Of a stretch of DNA of 64,000 nt, positions 1-15,160 are shown in pieces; position 1 is the stretch's first letter; each line of letters starts with the position of its first letter. Made by a program: the position numbers and the translations under genes. Under the pieces are notes generated by a model. It was given only the letters and a program-made list of their open reading frames with translations, searched no databases and was not told the DNA's origin. The DNA comes from Paraspadella gotoi (Eukaryota; Animalia; Chaetognatha): assembly GCA_051294375.1 (NCBI GenBank), contig CM119268.1, forward strand, positions 616,415-680,414, read 5' to 3'.

Positions 1-621
1 CCATTGGTTTTGAAAGAGAAAGGAATTATTAAAGAGTGGTTTAGAAAAATGCTTAAAATGCGCTGGTCCGAACATGTTGGTATCGAACTCGTATCGGGGT
101 CGAAAAAAACTCAAGTCTCTCAGGAAAAGGCAGAACATTTTTTATATCATAAAGTTGATGATTCGGTTCTTACCCACATGTTCTTCTCCAGGACGCAAAA
201 GTATTAACTAGGAGAAACAACCCTTAGACTTTATGTTATTACCGCTGACCTTCTTTAGATGCAGGAGCTATAACACTATATATCAAATAATTGATATGTT
301 CAGGTTCCCAGGTCTCGCGAGACACCTATGAATAATATTGAGTCAGTATATTCTTCAATTCCTGAGCGAAAATCTCCTTGTGAGTCAGATGGCGTTCGTC
401 GTCGTCGGTCGTCGTCGTCCGTTGTTTTTGTTACGTCGGACGCTTCATTAATAGAAGGTAAAATAAATAATGGAAAGTTAAAAGAGTGATCGTTTTATTA
501 AATTACTAAATTTGTTAATATTGCGAGACGCTTGATTGGAAATTAAATAATATCGTTTTATACCATATACAATAAATTAACAATATAGTCGTGCCTAACC
601 TGAAAGTCTCTGCATCCTTAC

Positions 622-713
622 CAGCTTGTCAGTCCTCTTTATCTTCATCTGTTTTTCCGATTCCTCGCTATATTCGTTGGAAGAAGAGAAGACGTTGAGG
701 AGAAAAAAGGTCT
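622..713 (-). CDS. QPCT: QPCT exon 5 (noisy)
   Basis: aacAG acceptor and GTAAG donor. Frame-corrected DLF.STS.FFQR...IEKQMK..GL fits the QC F..T...F.RL..IE..L...GL helix. Confidence 0.6.
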
Positions 714-1777
714 CTGTTAAAAAGGAGAATGGAAGCAAATGACAATATTACTCTTAATAATTGTATAAAGTATTAAACATATTATTAACTGGAAACCAAG
801 TTGAGATTAGATCGTTTTTATTCTTTGTCTATTTTTCAATAAAAATGGCAGGCTAAATCTAAAATAACCTTCAAAAGATATTTATTTATAAGTAAATGTA
901 AGCGATCAATCTAAATTAAATAGATACAAATGAATAATTATATTTGTTACTTAAATGAAGATATGTTATACGTTAAAGTGTCGTTTTAAAAAAATTATAN
1001 NNNNNNNNNNNNNNNNNNNNNNNNGATTGGGGTCTACAATTCAAGGGGGAGGGAAGGAGGGGGAGCAGCGGCCGAGAGAGAGGGGGAGAGGCAGGAAGGG
1101 AAGAAGAAGAGGGAGAGCTAGAAAGGAGGGAAGGGGGAGGAGGGGAGAGGTGAGAGGGGGGAGAGAGAAGCGAGAAGAAAGAAGGAGGGAGGAGAGGGGG
1201 AGGGGGAAGGAAGGGGACACCGAGGTTAGGGAGGGAGGATGGAGGGAGAGAAGAGAGGGAGGGGGAGAGGGAAAGAACGGGAGAATGGGAGAGGGAGGAG
1301 AGAAATGGGGAGCAAGAAGGAGAGAGGGAGGGAGGGAGAAGGAGGGATGATAGGGTGGAGCAGTATGTGGAAGGGCAGGGAGGGGAGAGGGGAAAGAAGA
1401 AGAGAAGAGCAGGGAGGTGAGCGGAAGGGGCAGGAGAGGGGGGGAAACGAAGGTAGGGGAGGGAGAAGAGGGAGAGAGGGAGGGAGGTAGGAAGAAAGAA
1501 GGGAGAGAGGAGGGGAGAGGAGAGGGAGGGAGAGGACAGGAAAGGAGGGAGAGAGAGGAGAGAGGGGGACGGAAAGAAGAAAAAGAGGAGGGACAAATAC
1601 AGTGAAATAGGTAATCTTAAAAAGATTTTCATAGCAAATTCTAGAAAAGCACATCCAGCACAGCCTGCGGAAGAAGCTGCAGATGCAGGAATAACTGCAG
1701 AAGAAGCAGGAACTGCATAAGAAGCTGCACTCGCAGCAGGAACTGCAGATTGAACTGCAGATGTAGGAGAATCAAAC

Positions 1778-1847
1778 CTGAAGATCGGTTGTCGTTCGCC
1801 GATGAGATCGAGCAGAACTAAGACATCGATTGCGTCAAGACGAGACG

Positions 1848-1881
<34 letters not shown>

Positions 1882-1970
1882 ACTGACTGCAATCAATGGA
1901 CGCGCTGGACGACAACTGACGGAAATGGAGTCGAAGCCATAGTGAAGCGGAGATGACGGACGTCGGGTAG
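1778..1970 (-). CDS. QPCT: QPCT exon 4 (noisy, with poly-Ser insert)
   Basis: Y..RHL..TMASTPFP...SSSSS..RLDAIDVLVLLDLIGERQPIFR matches the QC YGSRHLA..M...D.LVLLDLIG motif. Indels are present. Confidence 0.85.
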
Positions 1971-3286
1971 CTTTGAGCGGGGAAACCAGGGGGATGGGGG
2001 AAGAGAGAGAGAGAGAGAGGAGACGCTAGAGAGAGAGAGAGACGAGAGAGATGAGAGAGAGAGGAATACTAAAGTGGAAACAATGTTAACATTTAACAAC
2101 GAGATAGCAAAGAGCAAAAATGAAATGAGTATTTAAAAAATCTATTAAAAAAAATCCTCAAGCAAAAGAAATAATGAAAAAACAAAAAGAAAAAAGAAAC
2201 AAAAATGAATAAAAGAAAATTATTATAGAGTCAGAACAAAATATACAGACAACAAAAGAAAAAGAAATTAACTAATAAATAAAACTAGACAAAACAAAAC
2301 ATAAAGACAGAAAAAAACAAGAATGGTAATTCCAATGTGTTGCGCTGCAGTCCTTTCCTTATCATGGCAATGTCGCATTTACTTTGTGCTCATGTATCTA
2401 TAGTTCGGCATACTATATAAGTATGAACCACATTCACAAAAATTAATTACTGATGCCATACTGATCTGCCGAGTAAGGATTAAAACAACTCTCAACAATT
2501 TTGTGAATCATGCTGCATTGAATTTTGGATCATGTGGTCGTTTTTTAAACAAACCGAGCGACCAAAAGGTCACTTATTAAGTTGCAACGCGAATGCTCGC
2601 GGCGCAACTAAAAAGCCAATAACGAAAAACAAAAGGGAATCGGAAAAGAAAATGGCGGAGTCGCCATCTGGCGGTGACGTCTGTTTAGAGTTCAAACGAG
2701 GACTAATGGCGGTGATGCAGTGGAGAGAGACGGAGAGAGTTGAGTGGAGAGGAGAGGGAATGCTCAATTGCGGGGGGAGAATGGTATAAAAAAATATCGA
2801 ATGCATTTTCTGTTTCTTAATTTTCTGTTAAAATCTTTAAAAAAATGCGCGCAATCCCTAAAAAAATATATATTTTTCAATGTATTGAAGAGAAATGTTT
2901 TAATGCTAATCGTATATGAAAAAAATAGAACAGGGCAAAGGCTCCGTGCTGAAAAGAACGCCTTTGTATCTGAGCGCTATCAGTTAAGCGGGCGTTCGGC
3001 GGTTAACCGGAAGGAAGCGTTGATTTGAACTCACCCAGTTGATGCGGCAGAAAAAACCCCTTTTTGATTCCGTAAAATTCGATTTCATATTAAGTCCGTT
3101 TATTCATTTTATTCACTCATTAGTTTATATCATTTAAATAATTCTAATTTATTTTCATCATTCATTAGGTTCATTAAAATAATTTTATCCAACTTCGTTA
3201 GAGTTAATCCATTCATTCGTTTATTTAATCGTTAGTTTAATCGTTAGTTTTTAATCATTCATTCATTCACTTACCCTCCCCCTTAG

Positions 3287-3496
3287 GGTTTTCCGAACTC
3301 CATCTTCCTCGCGCCACTGACTCCGCCGTCCCCTGCGCCAATTGCTTCTCTCCATCTAAGCGGCCTCTCTCGGACGAATTCTTTGGAAAAAAAACCAAAA
3401 AAAAACCAAAAGTCACAAGGAATTATTGACTCTGGAACTGATTTTCTTTCGACGGAGAAGAAGCTTTTGTGAAATGGAGTGAGAAGCGATTCGCTG
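3287..3496 (+). pseudogene. Inverted, frameshifted duplicate of QPCT exon 3 (likely artefact)
   Basis: Reverse complement of 10193-10378 with many 1-nt indels, inside the left arm of the 2785-10841 palindrome. Confidence 0.8.
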
Positions 3497-4309
3497 TTGA
3501 GTGATGAAGTGAGGAAGGATTTCTGCTGAAGGTGAGAAGTTGAGAAGTTGAGAAAGGATTTGCTTGTGAGTGTTGTCGGAGGTGTGAGAGGTGTAAGGGA
3601 GAAGGAGGGTGAATAGAGGAAGGAAGGAGAGCGGCGAGAAAAAGATGAGAGAGGAGAAAGAGAGAGAAAAAAAAAAAAATATGAGAGGGAGAGAGTAATG
3701 GTGAGGAGGGAGAGAGGAGGAGAGAGAGAGAGAGAGCGAAAAAAAAAAGAGAGAGACAGACAGAGAGAGAAGAGAGGAAAGACAGAGTAGCAGATAGGAG
3801 AAAACCAAAACAAAAGAAAGAAAAATATTTATTAAAAAAGAAGAAAAAAGAGAAGAGAGAGGGAAGGAGAGACAGAAAGAAATAAAGAAATAAAGAAATA
3901 AAAAGAAATTAAAAGTTAAAAAGAAAAAATATTAAAGAAATAAGAGAAATAAATAAAGAAAGAAAGAGAATAAACGATTCGAGAAAGAAAGAAAAGAAAA
4001 AGAAAGAAAAGGTGAGAGAGAGAGAAAAGGAATAGAAGAGAAAGAAAAGAAGGACAAGGGAAAAGAAAGAAAGAAAGAAAGAGAAAGAAAGAAAGAGGAA
4101 AGAAAGAAAAGATAAAGAAAAGAAAGACCAAAGAAAGAGAAAGAGGAAAGAGTGAGAAAAGAAAGAAAGAAAGCCTTTACGAAATCTTCACTTAGAATTC
4201 ATTTCCTCTTCTTAACACTGAGCAGCTTCCCAGCCCAAAAAAAAAGGCCACTAAAAATGTCCCCCTAAGGCTTAAAAGGGTTTAATTGCTTTCGCAAAAC
4301 TTATTTGGC

Positions 4310-6150
4310 ATATAACGACCGACGGACGACGGACGATGACGAGACAATGACGACGACGACGACGATTGACGACGACAATGACGATGATGACGACGACGAC
4401 GACGTTTGATGACCGACGACAATGACGATGAGGACGATGACGACGACGATGAGGACGACGACGAACGATTTGATGACGCACGACGACGAGCGTGAGGACG
4501 ATGACGACGACGAATGTAGGACGACGACGACGAGGTTGAGAGACGGACGGACGACAACGACGATGGACGACGTTTGATGACGACGACAATGACGATGAGG
4601 ACGATACGACGACGATGAGGACACGACGACGATTGATGGACGACGACGACGAGGTTGAGGACGATGACGACGACGCATGAGGGACGACGACGACGACGAG
4701 GTTGAGGACGAACGACAACGACATTGACGCGATGATGACGACGGACAATGACGATGAGGACGATGACGACGACATGAGGGAACGACGACGACGATGATGA
4801 CGACCGACGACGAGGTTTTGGAGGAACGCATGACGACGACGATGAGGGACGACGACGAACGATTTGATTGGACGACGACGACGCAGGTTGAGGACGACGA
4901 CAACGACGATGACGACGTTGATGACGACGACAATGACGATTGAGGACGCATGACGACGACGGATGAGGACGACGACGACGATGATGACGACACGACGTGG
5001 TTGAGCGATGACGACGGCACGATGAGGACGACGACGAACGATGATGACGGACTGACGACGGCAGGTTGAGGACGACGACAACGACGATGAAGACGTTGAT
5101 GGACGACGACCAATGACGATGAGGACGATGACGACGACGATGAGGAGCGACGACGACGATGATGACGCACGACGACGAGGTTGAGACGATGACGACCGGC
5201 GACGATGACGACGACGATTGGGACGACGACGACGGATTTGATTGACGGACGACGACTGAGCGTTGAGGACGCGACAACGACGATGAAGGACGATTTGACG
5301 ACGACGATTGAGGGACGACGACGACGATGATGACGACGACGACGAGGGTGAGGACGATGACGACCGACGATGAGGGACGACGACGACGACGATTGATGGA
5401 CGACGACGACGAGGTTCAGACGATGAACGACGAACGATGAAGACCGTTGATGACGACGACAATTGACGATGAGGACGATTGACTACGCGGACATGAGGAC
5501 GACGACGACGATGATGACGACGACGACGGATGGTTGAGGACGGATATGACGACGAACGATGCAGGACGACGATCGACGATGATGACGACGCACTGACGAG
5601 ACTGTTGAGGAACGACGACAACGACGATAAGACGATGGACGACGACGATGAGGACGATGACCGACGACGATGATTGACGACGACGACGATGATGTCACGA
5701 CGACAACGACGATGATGACGACGACGACGAGGTTTTGGAGGGGGGGGGGGGGGGTGAAACGATGACGACGACGATTGAGGACGCACGACGACGATTTGAT
5801 GACGACGACGACGCAGGTTGAGGGACGACGGACACGACGATGGCAAGACGTTGATGACGACGACGGACAATGACGCATGAGGACGATCTGGACGACGACC
5901 GATTGAGGACGAACACGACGACGAATGATTACCGCGACGACGAGGCTTGAGCGACGATGACGACGACGCATGACGACGATCGACGACGAATTTTGATGAC
6001 GACGACGACGCAGTTGAGGACGACGGACAACGACGATGAAGACGATGACGACGGACGATGAGGACGATGGACGACTGACGATGATGACGACGACGACGAT
6101 GATGACGACGACAACGGACGATGAGGACGGACGACGCACGAAACGTCGAT
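4310..6150. repeat. Compound (GAC/GAT)n trinucleotide satellite (left copy)
   Basis: gacgacgatgacgacgaggttgaggac-type array; source of spurious poly-S/R/V ORFs. Confidence 0.9.
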
Positions 6151-7649
6151 CAACGGGCTTTTTGTTTATGAAGTCAAATCATTTCCACTGACAAAAACAA
6201 CACCATAACAACAACGAACAACAAACAAAGAAAACAAACAACGACAACAATTAAAAACAACAAACAGCAACAATAACAACAACAAAACAATTACAACAAC
6301 AAACAATAAACAACAACGACAACAATTACAACAACAAACAAACAATTTACAAACAACAACAACAATCAAAAAACAACAACATACTCCTACATACATGGCG
6401 ATGGGCGATCCTTTCCTGACCTCTTTAGAGATTTCTTCTCTACTGCCATCTCTTTCTTAACTTTTGCCATTCTCTTACCACTTTAAAAAAATCTTTTCCC
6501 CATTTTTCCAAATCCCCATTTTCGCTAAAATCCTATCCATTTTCAGCCTCTTACTTCCCATTTTGCCATATCTTCTTTTTTTTCCATCTTCCCATTAGTT
6601 TGCCAATTCTCCTTCTTTCATTTCACCATTTCTTCCCTCCACCATCTTTGCCATATCCTCTTCACTTTTGTCACGACTACCTCCAATTTTGCCATCTCCC
6701 CCCTCGCCATTTTTGCCCATTTTCTTCCCCTCGGCGCGTTCGGTTGATCTCCGGCGAATCTCATTTCGCTTCAGACCGCGACTTTTTTCTTTCCTTATTT
6801 TCTTCATTTCTTCTTTTCTTTTTTCTTTTTTTCCTTTTTCCCTCTTCCTTCCTCTCTCTCTCCTCACTCTCCCTCCTTCCCTTTCTCCCTCCCTCCCTCT
6901 CTCTCCCTCCCTCTCTCTCCCTCTCTTTCTCCCTCTCCCTCTTCTCCATCTTTCAGCCGCTCACTTCTTCTTCTTTCCCNNNNNNNNNNNNNNNNNNNNN
7001 NNNNAAAGAAGAATGAAGAAAAATAAGGAAAAGAAAAAGTCGCGTCTGAACGAAATGAGATTCGCGGAGATCAACCGACGCCCGAGGGAAGAAATGGCAA
7101 AAATGGCGAGGGGGAGATGGCAAAATGGAGGTAGTCGTGACAAAGTGAGAGGATATGGCAAAGATGGTGAGGGAAGAAATGGTGAAATGAAGAAGGAGAT
7201 GGCAAACTAATGGGAGATGGAAAAAAAAGAAGATATGGCAAAATGGGAGTAAGAGGCTGAAAATGGATAGGATTGCGAAATGGGGGATTTGGAAAATGGG
7301 AAAAGATTTTTTTAAAGTGGTAAGAGAATGGCAAAAGTTAAGAAAGAGATGGCAGTAGAGAAGAAATCTCTAAAGAGGTCAGGAAAGGATCGCCCATCGC
7401 CATGTATGTAGGAGTATGTTGTTGTTTTTTGATTGTTGTTGTTGTTTGTAAATTGTTTGTTTGTTGTTGTAATTGTTGTCGTTGTTGTTTATTGTTTGTT
7501 GTTGTAATTGTTTTGTTGTTGTTATTGTTGCTGTTTGTTGTTTTTAATTGTTGTCGTTGTTTGTTTTCTTTGTTTGTTGTTCGTTGTTGTTATGGTGTTG
7601 TTTTTGTCAGTGGAAATGATTTGACTTCATAAACAAAAAGCCCGTTGAT

Positions 7650-9462
7650 CGACGTTTCGTGCGTCGTCCGTCCTCATCGTCCGTTGTCGTCGTCATCATC
7701 GTCGTCGTCGTCATCATCGTCAGTCGTCCATCGTCCTCATCGTCCGTCGTCATCGTCTTCATCGTCGTTGTCCGTCGTCCTCAACTGCGTCGTCGTCGTC
7801 ATCAAAATTCGTCGTCGATCGTCGTCATGCGTCGTCGTCATCGTCGCTCAAGCCTCGTCGTCGCGGTAATCATTCGTCGTCGTGTTCGTCCTCAATCGGT
7901 CGTCGTCCAGATCGTCCTCATGCGTCATTGTCCGTCGTCGTCATCAACGTCTTGCCATCGTCGTGTCCGTCGTCCCTCAACCTGCGTCGTCGTCGTCATC
8001 AAATCGTCGTCGTGCGTCCTCAATCGTCGTCGTCATCGTTTCACCCCCCCCCCCCCCCTCCAAAACCTCGTCGTCGTCGTCATCATCGTCGTTGTCGTCG
8101 TGACATCATCGTCGTCGTCGTCAATCATCGTCGTCGGTCATCGTCCTCATCGTCGTCGTCCATCGTCTTATCGTCGTTGTCGTCGTTCCTCAACAGTCTC
8201 GTCAGTGCGTCGTCATCATCGTCGATCGTCGTCCTGCATCGTTCGTCGTCATATCCGTCCTCAACCATCCGTCGTCGTCGTCATCATCGTCGTCGTCGTC
8301 CTCATGTCCGCGTAGTCAATCGTCCTCATCGTCAATTGTCGTCGTCATCAACGGTCTTCATCGTTCGTCGTTCATCGTCTGAACCTCGTCGTCGTCGTCC
8401 ATCAATCGTCGTCGTCGTCGTCCCTCATCGTCGGTCGTCATCGTCCTCACCCTCGTCGTCGTCGTCATCATCGTCGTCGTCGTCCCTCAATCGTCGTCGT
8501 CAAATCGTCCTTCATCGTCGTTGTCGCGTCCTCAACGCTCAGTCGTCGTCCGTCAATCAAATCCGTCGTCGTCGTCCCAATCGTCGTCGTCATCGTCGCC
8601 GGTCGTCATCGTCTCAACCTCGTCGTCGTGCGTCATCATCGTCGTCGTCGCTCCTCATCGTCGTCGTCATCGTCCTCATCGTCATTGGTCGTCGTCCATC
8701 AACGTCTTCATCGTCGTTGTCGTCGTCCTCAACCTGCCGTCGTCAGTCCGTCATCATCGTTCGTCGTCGTCCTCATCGTGCCGTCGTCATCGCTCAACCA
8801 CGTCGTGTCGTCATCATCGTCGTCGTCGTCCTCATCCGTCGTCGTCATGCGTCCTCAATCGTCATTGTCGTCGTCATCAACGTCGTCATCGTCGTTGTCG
8901 TCGTCCTCAACCTGCGTCGTCGTCGTCCAATCAAATCGTTCGTCGTCGTCCCTCATCGTCGTCGTCATGCGTTCCTCCAAAACCTCGTCGTCGGTCGTCA
9001 TCATCGTCGTCGTCGTTCCCTCATGTCGTCGTCATCGTCCTCATCGTCATTGTCCGTCGTCATCATCGCGTCAATGTCGTTGTCGTTCGTCCTCAACCTC
9101 GTCGTCGTCGTCGTCCCTCATGCGTTCGTCGTCATCGTCCTCAACCTCGTGTCGTCGTCCATCATGCGGTGTCCATCGTCGTCGTACGTCCTCATCGTCA
9201 GTCGTCGATCTCAACTCAAGTCCATCGTCGTCGTCGCGTCTCTCACCTCGTCGTCGTCCCTACATTCGTCGTCGCATCGTCGCTCACGGCTCGTCTCGTC
9301 TCATCCATCGTCGTCGTCGTCCTCATCGTCGTCGTCATCGTCCTCATCGTCATTGTCGTCGTCATCAACGTGCGTCGTCGTCTCATCATCGTCTTGTCGT
9401 CGTCAATCGTCGTCGTCATGTCTCATGTCATTGTCGTCGTCATCGTCCGTCGTCGTCGTCGT
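7650..9462. repeat. Compound (GTC/ATC)n trinucleotide satellite in QPCT intron 3
   Basis: Mirror of 4310-6150; preceded by a (GTT)n-rich tract at ~7415-7610. Confidence 0.9.
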
Positions 9463-9956
9463 TATATGCCAAATAAGTTTGCGAAAGCAATTAACCTTCT
9501 TAAGCCTTAGGGGGACTTTAGTGGCTTTTTTTGGGCTGGGAAGCTGCTCAGGTTAAGAAGAGAATGAATTCTAAGTGGAAGATTTTCGTAAGGCTTTCTT
9601 TCTTTCTTTTCTCACTCTTTCCTCTTTTCTTTCTTTGTCTTTCTTTTCTTTCTTTTCTTTCTTTCTTTCTTTCTTTTCTTCTTCTTTCTTTCTTTCTTTC
9701 CTTTCTTTCTTTCTATTCTTTCTTTCTTATTTCTTTCTTTTTCTTTCTTTCTTTCTCAATCTTTATTCTCTTTCTTTCTTTATTTATTTCTCTTATTTCT
9801 TTAATATTTTTTCTTTTTCTTTTAATTTCTTTTATTTCTTTATTTCTTTTTCTTTTTTTTCTTTCTTTCTTTTTTCTTTATTTCTTTCTTTGTTTTCTAT
9901 CTCTCTGTCTTTCCTCTCTTCTCTCTCTGTCTGTCTCTCTCTTTTTTTCTCTCTCC

Positions 9957-9989
<33 letters not shown>

Positions 9990-10191
9990 TCTCTCCCTCC
10001 TCTCCCTCTCGATATTTTTTTTTTTTTCTCTCTCTTTCTCTCTCTCTCTCTTTTTCTCGCCCTCTCCTTCCTTCCTCTTTCACCCTCCTTCTCCTTCACT
10101 CTCTCACACCTCTCACCACTCACACAGCAAATCCTTTCATCACTTCTCAACTTCTCACCTTCAGCAGAAATCCTTCCTCACTTCTCACTCA

Positions 10192-10413
<222 letters not shown>

Positions 10414-10832
10414 CTAACGATTAAACTAACGATTAAACTAACGAATGAATGATTAAACTAACGAGTGGATAAATTATTTAATGACTAAATGAATGATGAA
10501 ATAAATGTAGAATTATTAAATGAATATAAACTAATGAGTGAATAAATGAATAACGGACTTAATGAATGAATTTACGGAATCAAAAGGGTTTTTCTGCCGC
10601 ATCACTGGGTGAGTTCAAATCACCTTCCTTCCGGTTAACCGCCGAACGCGCTAACTGATAGCGCCACAGATACAAAGGCGTTCTTCAGCACGGGCCTTTG
10701 CCTGTCTATTTTTCATATACATTACATTACATTTCTTCAATAACATTGAACAAAAATATATATTTTTTTAGGGATTGCGCGCATTTTTTTAAAGATTTTA
10801 CAGAAAATTAAGATCAGAAAATCATTCGATAT

Positions 10833-10960
10833 TTTTTTATAGAGGCCTTGACCCGGGCGAGTGCGGTCAGGCCTCTATAATGTTTTAAGGGCAGTTGTTC
10901 AATTTGTGACATAGTCGTCTCGTCGTCGTCGTCGTCGTCCGTCCGTCAACGCTGTTTTTC
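10833..10960 (+). mobile_element. Helentron/HINE-like element end (T-run, hairpin, GTC/GTCC microsatellite)
   Basis: ttttttTATAGAGGCCTtGACC...GGTCAGGCCTCTATA hairpin followed by (gtc)n gtccgtccgtc, the layout of DINE-1/HINE elements. Confidence 0.55.
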
Positions 10961-13449
10961 TATATACCAAAATACTACGGGCCTTTTAATAGGTTTGGGC
11001 TGTGATTACGTTTTTTATTTTAAATAAAAATTAATTATGAATTATGATAAAATTTTTTACAAAAGCCTGCGAATCATAGTAAGTTAAAAATTTATATATG
11101 GCTTTTTTCATATTGAAATAGCTGTGATACTTTTCCCATAAATTACATTAATGGATTTAAGTATCTTTTTGTTTGAATTCCACTTCATTATGATTTACTG
11201 CAATATGCAAATGAGATCAAAGTACTCCTTATAATATCCAAATTAGTATATAGAAATAGCTTTAATCTAATTACATATTGCAGTATATAATATTGAAGAT
11301 GAAATTCAAAAATTTGTTTAATTTTTAATAAAAAATGGGAACTCAAGGATTCTTTTTATGAGAAAGCTATATCTTTAATTTTAAACCAAATTAAATTAAA
11401 ATCTTTTACAAGCGCGATTGGAAAAAAATTGGAAAAATTTCCAAATTGTAAAACAATTGTAACACCCTATTTTTGCCTTTCTTTTATTTCTTTAAATTAT
11501 GATATAGTATTTTCTTCCTATATTTGTTTTTATTGAAATTTCAAATTGTAAGTTTAGTTTTTACTTGTTTTTTCCAGTCTTTTAGAAGTTTACGAGTCTT
11601 TGTTTTTTATGAATTTCATACCAATAGTTTCAGTTGTTCCCGCAGTTTTTACACTAATTACTGTTTATGGATTTATGTCAATTACTGTTTTGTAATTAAT
11701 AAAAAAATAAAAATAATCTCTTGGTTTCATATTTTTTTTTTTTTTATGCATTAATCTTTGAACGTTTATTAACATTGATTTTCGTTATGCTTTATATTTG
11801 TTTGTTTCTTTGTTGTCATTATTTTTTGTTTTTATTATATTTACGCATTATCAAAAAATAAAATTATGAAATTATAAAATAAAAGCTTATTGCTTCTTTT
11901 CGGTTTTTTTTAGTTTTTCCGGGGTTTTTATGATTTTTACATTTTGACTTTGAATCGTTTCCTGAACGTTATTTTATAGTTTTCTGTATGTATTAAGTTC
12001 TATAACATTATTAATGATTTTAAAGCTAGTGGTCTTTTGTTTTTATTGAATTTCAAATATGTAGTTTAGTTTTTACTTGTTTTCCAGTCTCTTTAAACGT
12101 TAGTATGTCTTTTGTTTTTATTTGAATTCAATTACATAGTTTTAGTTTTCCAGTCTTTTACCACTGTGTACTGTTTATGATTAGGTCAATACTGTTTTTT
12201 GGTTATTAATAAATAAAAAAAAAAAAATATATTTTGTCAGTTGCTGCCATTTTATCTGAACCCTTAATAACGAGTTCAGGCTCCTGGCAGTGACTGTTCA
12301 GCTGGCTTCAGCTTTCTTCTTTTTCTTTCTGTCTCTCTTTTTCCTCTGTCTGTCTCTCTTTCTCTCTCTTTCTGTCTTTCTGTCTTCTCACTCTGTACGC
12401 ATCCGTTCGTTTTTTGAAAAAAATTTGATTTATTGTTTTTCCTTCTCAAAAACTTTTATTATCGCCATTTTACTTCCGCGCTTTTTTTTTCAATTACAAA
12501 ATACCGCAAATTTATATCTGAGATATAATTGGAAAGAAATATCGTGTTTTCTTTTTCTCTCTCTCTCTCTCTCTCTCTCTTATTATTTTTTTTTAAAAAA
12601 TGAAGAATAACTTATAATGATAATGCATTATCAACATATAAAATCAGCTAATGTGAACCCTATTATATATGCAGCACTTTTTGCCGAATAATATAATTGC
12701 ATGCACAACATTATATAAAAAAAAAAATTTTGTTTTTATTTATTATTGCAACTTTGACCGGTTTGCCACTATTGGCAAATTATATCTAAAATAGGGAGTT
12801 GATGAAGAGATAATAGTCAAATTAACATTACTTTTTTGTTATTCTGATAATTTGTACTATTATTAAATTTATAAAATATTTTTAGTGTAATATTTAATCA
12901 ATTTTTTACTTTTTTTAAAATATAATTATTGGAGTTGTGTAACTATTTTAAAATATTGTAAATATGCAAATATTAAATTTTGACCCATCGGTCTGGTTTC
13001 TTTCTAAAAAAGAACATATCTTTCTTCTCTCTATCTCTCTTTCTCTCTCCTTCTCTCCTCTCTCTCTCTCTTTCTCTGCTTCTTTTTTTTTCCTTCTAAA
13101 AAAACTTTTATATCGCCATTATTCCGAGATTTTCGTGGATTTTCTCCATTCTTTAAAAACTTTTATTATCGCCATTTATTATTTTATCTCAATACAAAAT
13201 CCCAAACAGTACAATAACTTATCTTAACCTAATTTCGTGGTCGTTGCGGAGCAAACAAGTAACATGTCGGAGGAAACATGACCTATAACGCGTTACGTGC
13301 ATATAAAAAAATCAAGCAATAGACCCAATTTCAACGACGCCGTTGCGAGGCAACGATAACCGCATTATAAACGATGGAGTGACCTAATAATGCGTCTCCG
13401 TTGGTGGGAAAACTCTCTCTCTCTCTCTCTTTCTCACTCTCCTCCTCTT

Positions 13450-13495
<46 letters not shown>

Positions 13496-14123
13496 CCTCT
13501 CTCTCTCTCTCTCTTTTTTCCTTCTAAAAACTTTTTATTATCCGCCATTTATTCCGCGCTTTTTTCTCAAATACAAAATCACAAAATTTACAGTCCGAGA
13601 TTTTCGTGGATTTTTTTTCTTAAAAATTCTGATTTATTCTTTATATTAAACGAAGAGAGACCCTAATAATGCGTTTTGTTTAGCGGGAAAACGTTCCAGC
13701 CTCTCTCTCTCTCTCTCTGCTCTCTCTCTCCTCTCTCTCATCTCTCTCTCTCTCTCTCATCATACACGCAATTTGTTTGTTTTATTTACGGAATGAATTC
13801 AGCGCGTCATGAATCAACTATCATCGCATCAGATGACATGACTATCGATCGGTATCAATGAATGATTATCAATCATATCAATGAATGACTATCATTCGCA
13901 TCAGATCATTTGATTATCGATCACATCCAGTCATGTTTGTTATCAATCGCATCAAAATTATTGCGTGTATATCTGCAGTCAATATTTGGTTACTGTTCGA
14001 TAAAGCGGCTCGCAAAGTCTTTATGCTTTTAAGAATTTTTTTATACTATTCTCTCGGAAGTTGAGCATCACTTCTCCTCGTCTCTCAATACTCTCTGGCC
14101 GTTCTCTCCTCTCTGGTCTGCCG

Positions 14124-14155
<32 letters not shown>

Positions 14156-14484
14156 AATGTTGTTATCTACCTGTTATACTCGTTTACACTGTCCTTTCTC
14201 ACTTTTCTCAACTTTCTCAACCTTAAAAATGAAGTTATAGTATAGGAGATAAGTGGTCAAATATTGTGGGGACAGTGTTAGTTAGGCGACAGAGATATGA
14301 ATTTTTGTTGAAGGTAAAGAGTGAAATGGTGAAAGAGAGAGATGAGAGAGAAGAGAGTGAGAGAAAGAGATGAGAGAGAGTGTTGGTGGCTCGTGACGCA
14401 CCCAGGGACGAGGCCAAAAGTCCTTTGTTTTTTTCATTAATTTTATTATTGTTAACCAATAAAGCTACCATTAAATTACCTTAC

Positions 14485-14663
14485 CATTTGGCAAATCAAA
14501 GTTGACAAGCGCAGGGTAAGGTCGTCTCCGGCGGCAAGGTGAGTAATTTCCTCACCCGCAGCTGGAAGAGTCGCCATAACATTTGTGAACGCGGATTGTC
14601 ACGAAGGGAGTTGCGTCGACGAATCGAGTCGAAAGAAAGACCTTGCGACCAACAAGCGAGATT
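14485..14663 (-). CDS. QPCT: QPCT exon 2 (with probable sequencing indels)
   Basis: ttctcAG acceptor and GTAAG donor. Frame-corrected reading NLACWS..F(V)DATPF...FTNVMATLP...RRLTLAC.FD.KW matches the QC F...TP.G...F.N..ATL...LACHYDSK block. Several frameshifts are needed. Confidence 0.75.
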
Positions 14664-15160
14664 CTGAGAAAATGAAAGGAATTGTAGGATATAGACGCCT
14701 CGTTGGCTAATTCATAACGATTATTCTTTAAGTGAGCCTATTATGTTATCTGAAATAAGAGGAGTAATATTTATTTTATTGAACATATTCTTCTGCGCAT
14801 CTGAGTTAGGAGACTTTCCTTTTCGTTGCGTTTTCATTTACTAGAGAGAAAACAAAGTTATATTTGTTTACAAACAACGGGTTTTTAAGCAAAAAAAAAC
14901 GGACATGTTTCGACTCTATTTTTCTCGGTGATGAAGACTCGAACAAGTTTGAGCAAACGTGTCGGATCTGCCTACGAATAATTACAGCGGTAATAAGCTA
15001 ATCCGATGAATAAATCACGGTAATTTTTTCTGACTTGCAGTTTAATTTGTGAATCTTAACAGATCATAAAAAATCGTAGCAAATAACAAATCATTATACG
15101 GAAAAAATCTATAGAATCCGAATTCTTGATACAATATTTAGATGTACCATATAAATTCGC

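Noticed and set aside
300-460. Possible further QPCT exon (..GDFRSGIE.. resembling the IEDDH motif) on the minus strand
   Set aside because: The position fits, but the sequence is too noisy to recover DDH.PF or clear splice sites.
955-1654. G/E/R-rich and L/S/P-rich ORFs (also at 16995, 37266-38250, 44500, 46181 and 48210)
   Set aside because: Purine- or pyrimidine-rich low-complexity tracts with no domain signal.
4272-9556. Long ORFs (up to 542 aa) rich in S, R and V
   Set aside because: These are translations of the GTC/ATC satellite, open in all three frames, inside a QPCT intron and mirrored by the palindrome.
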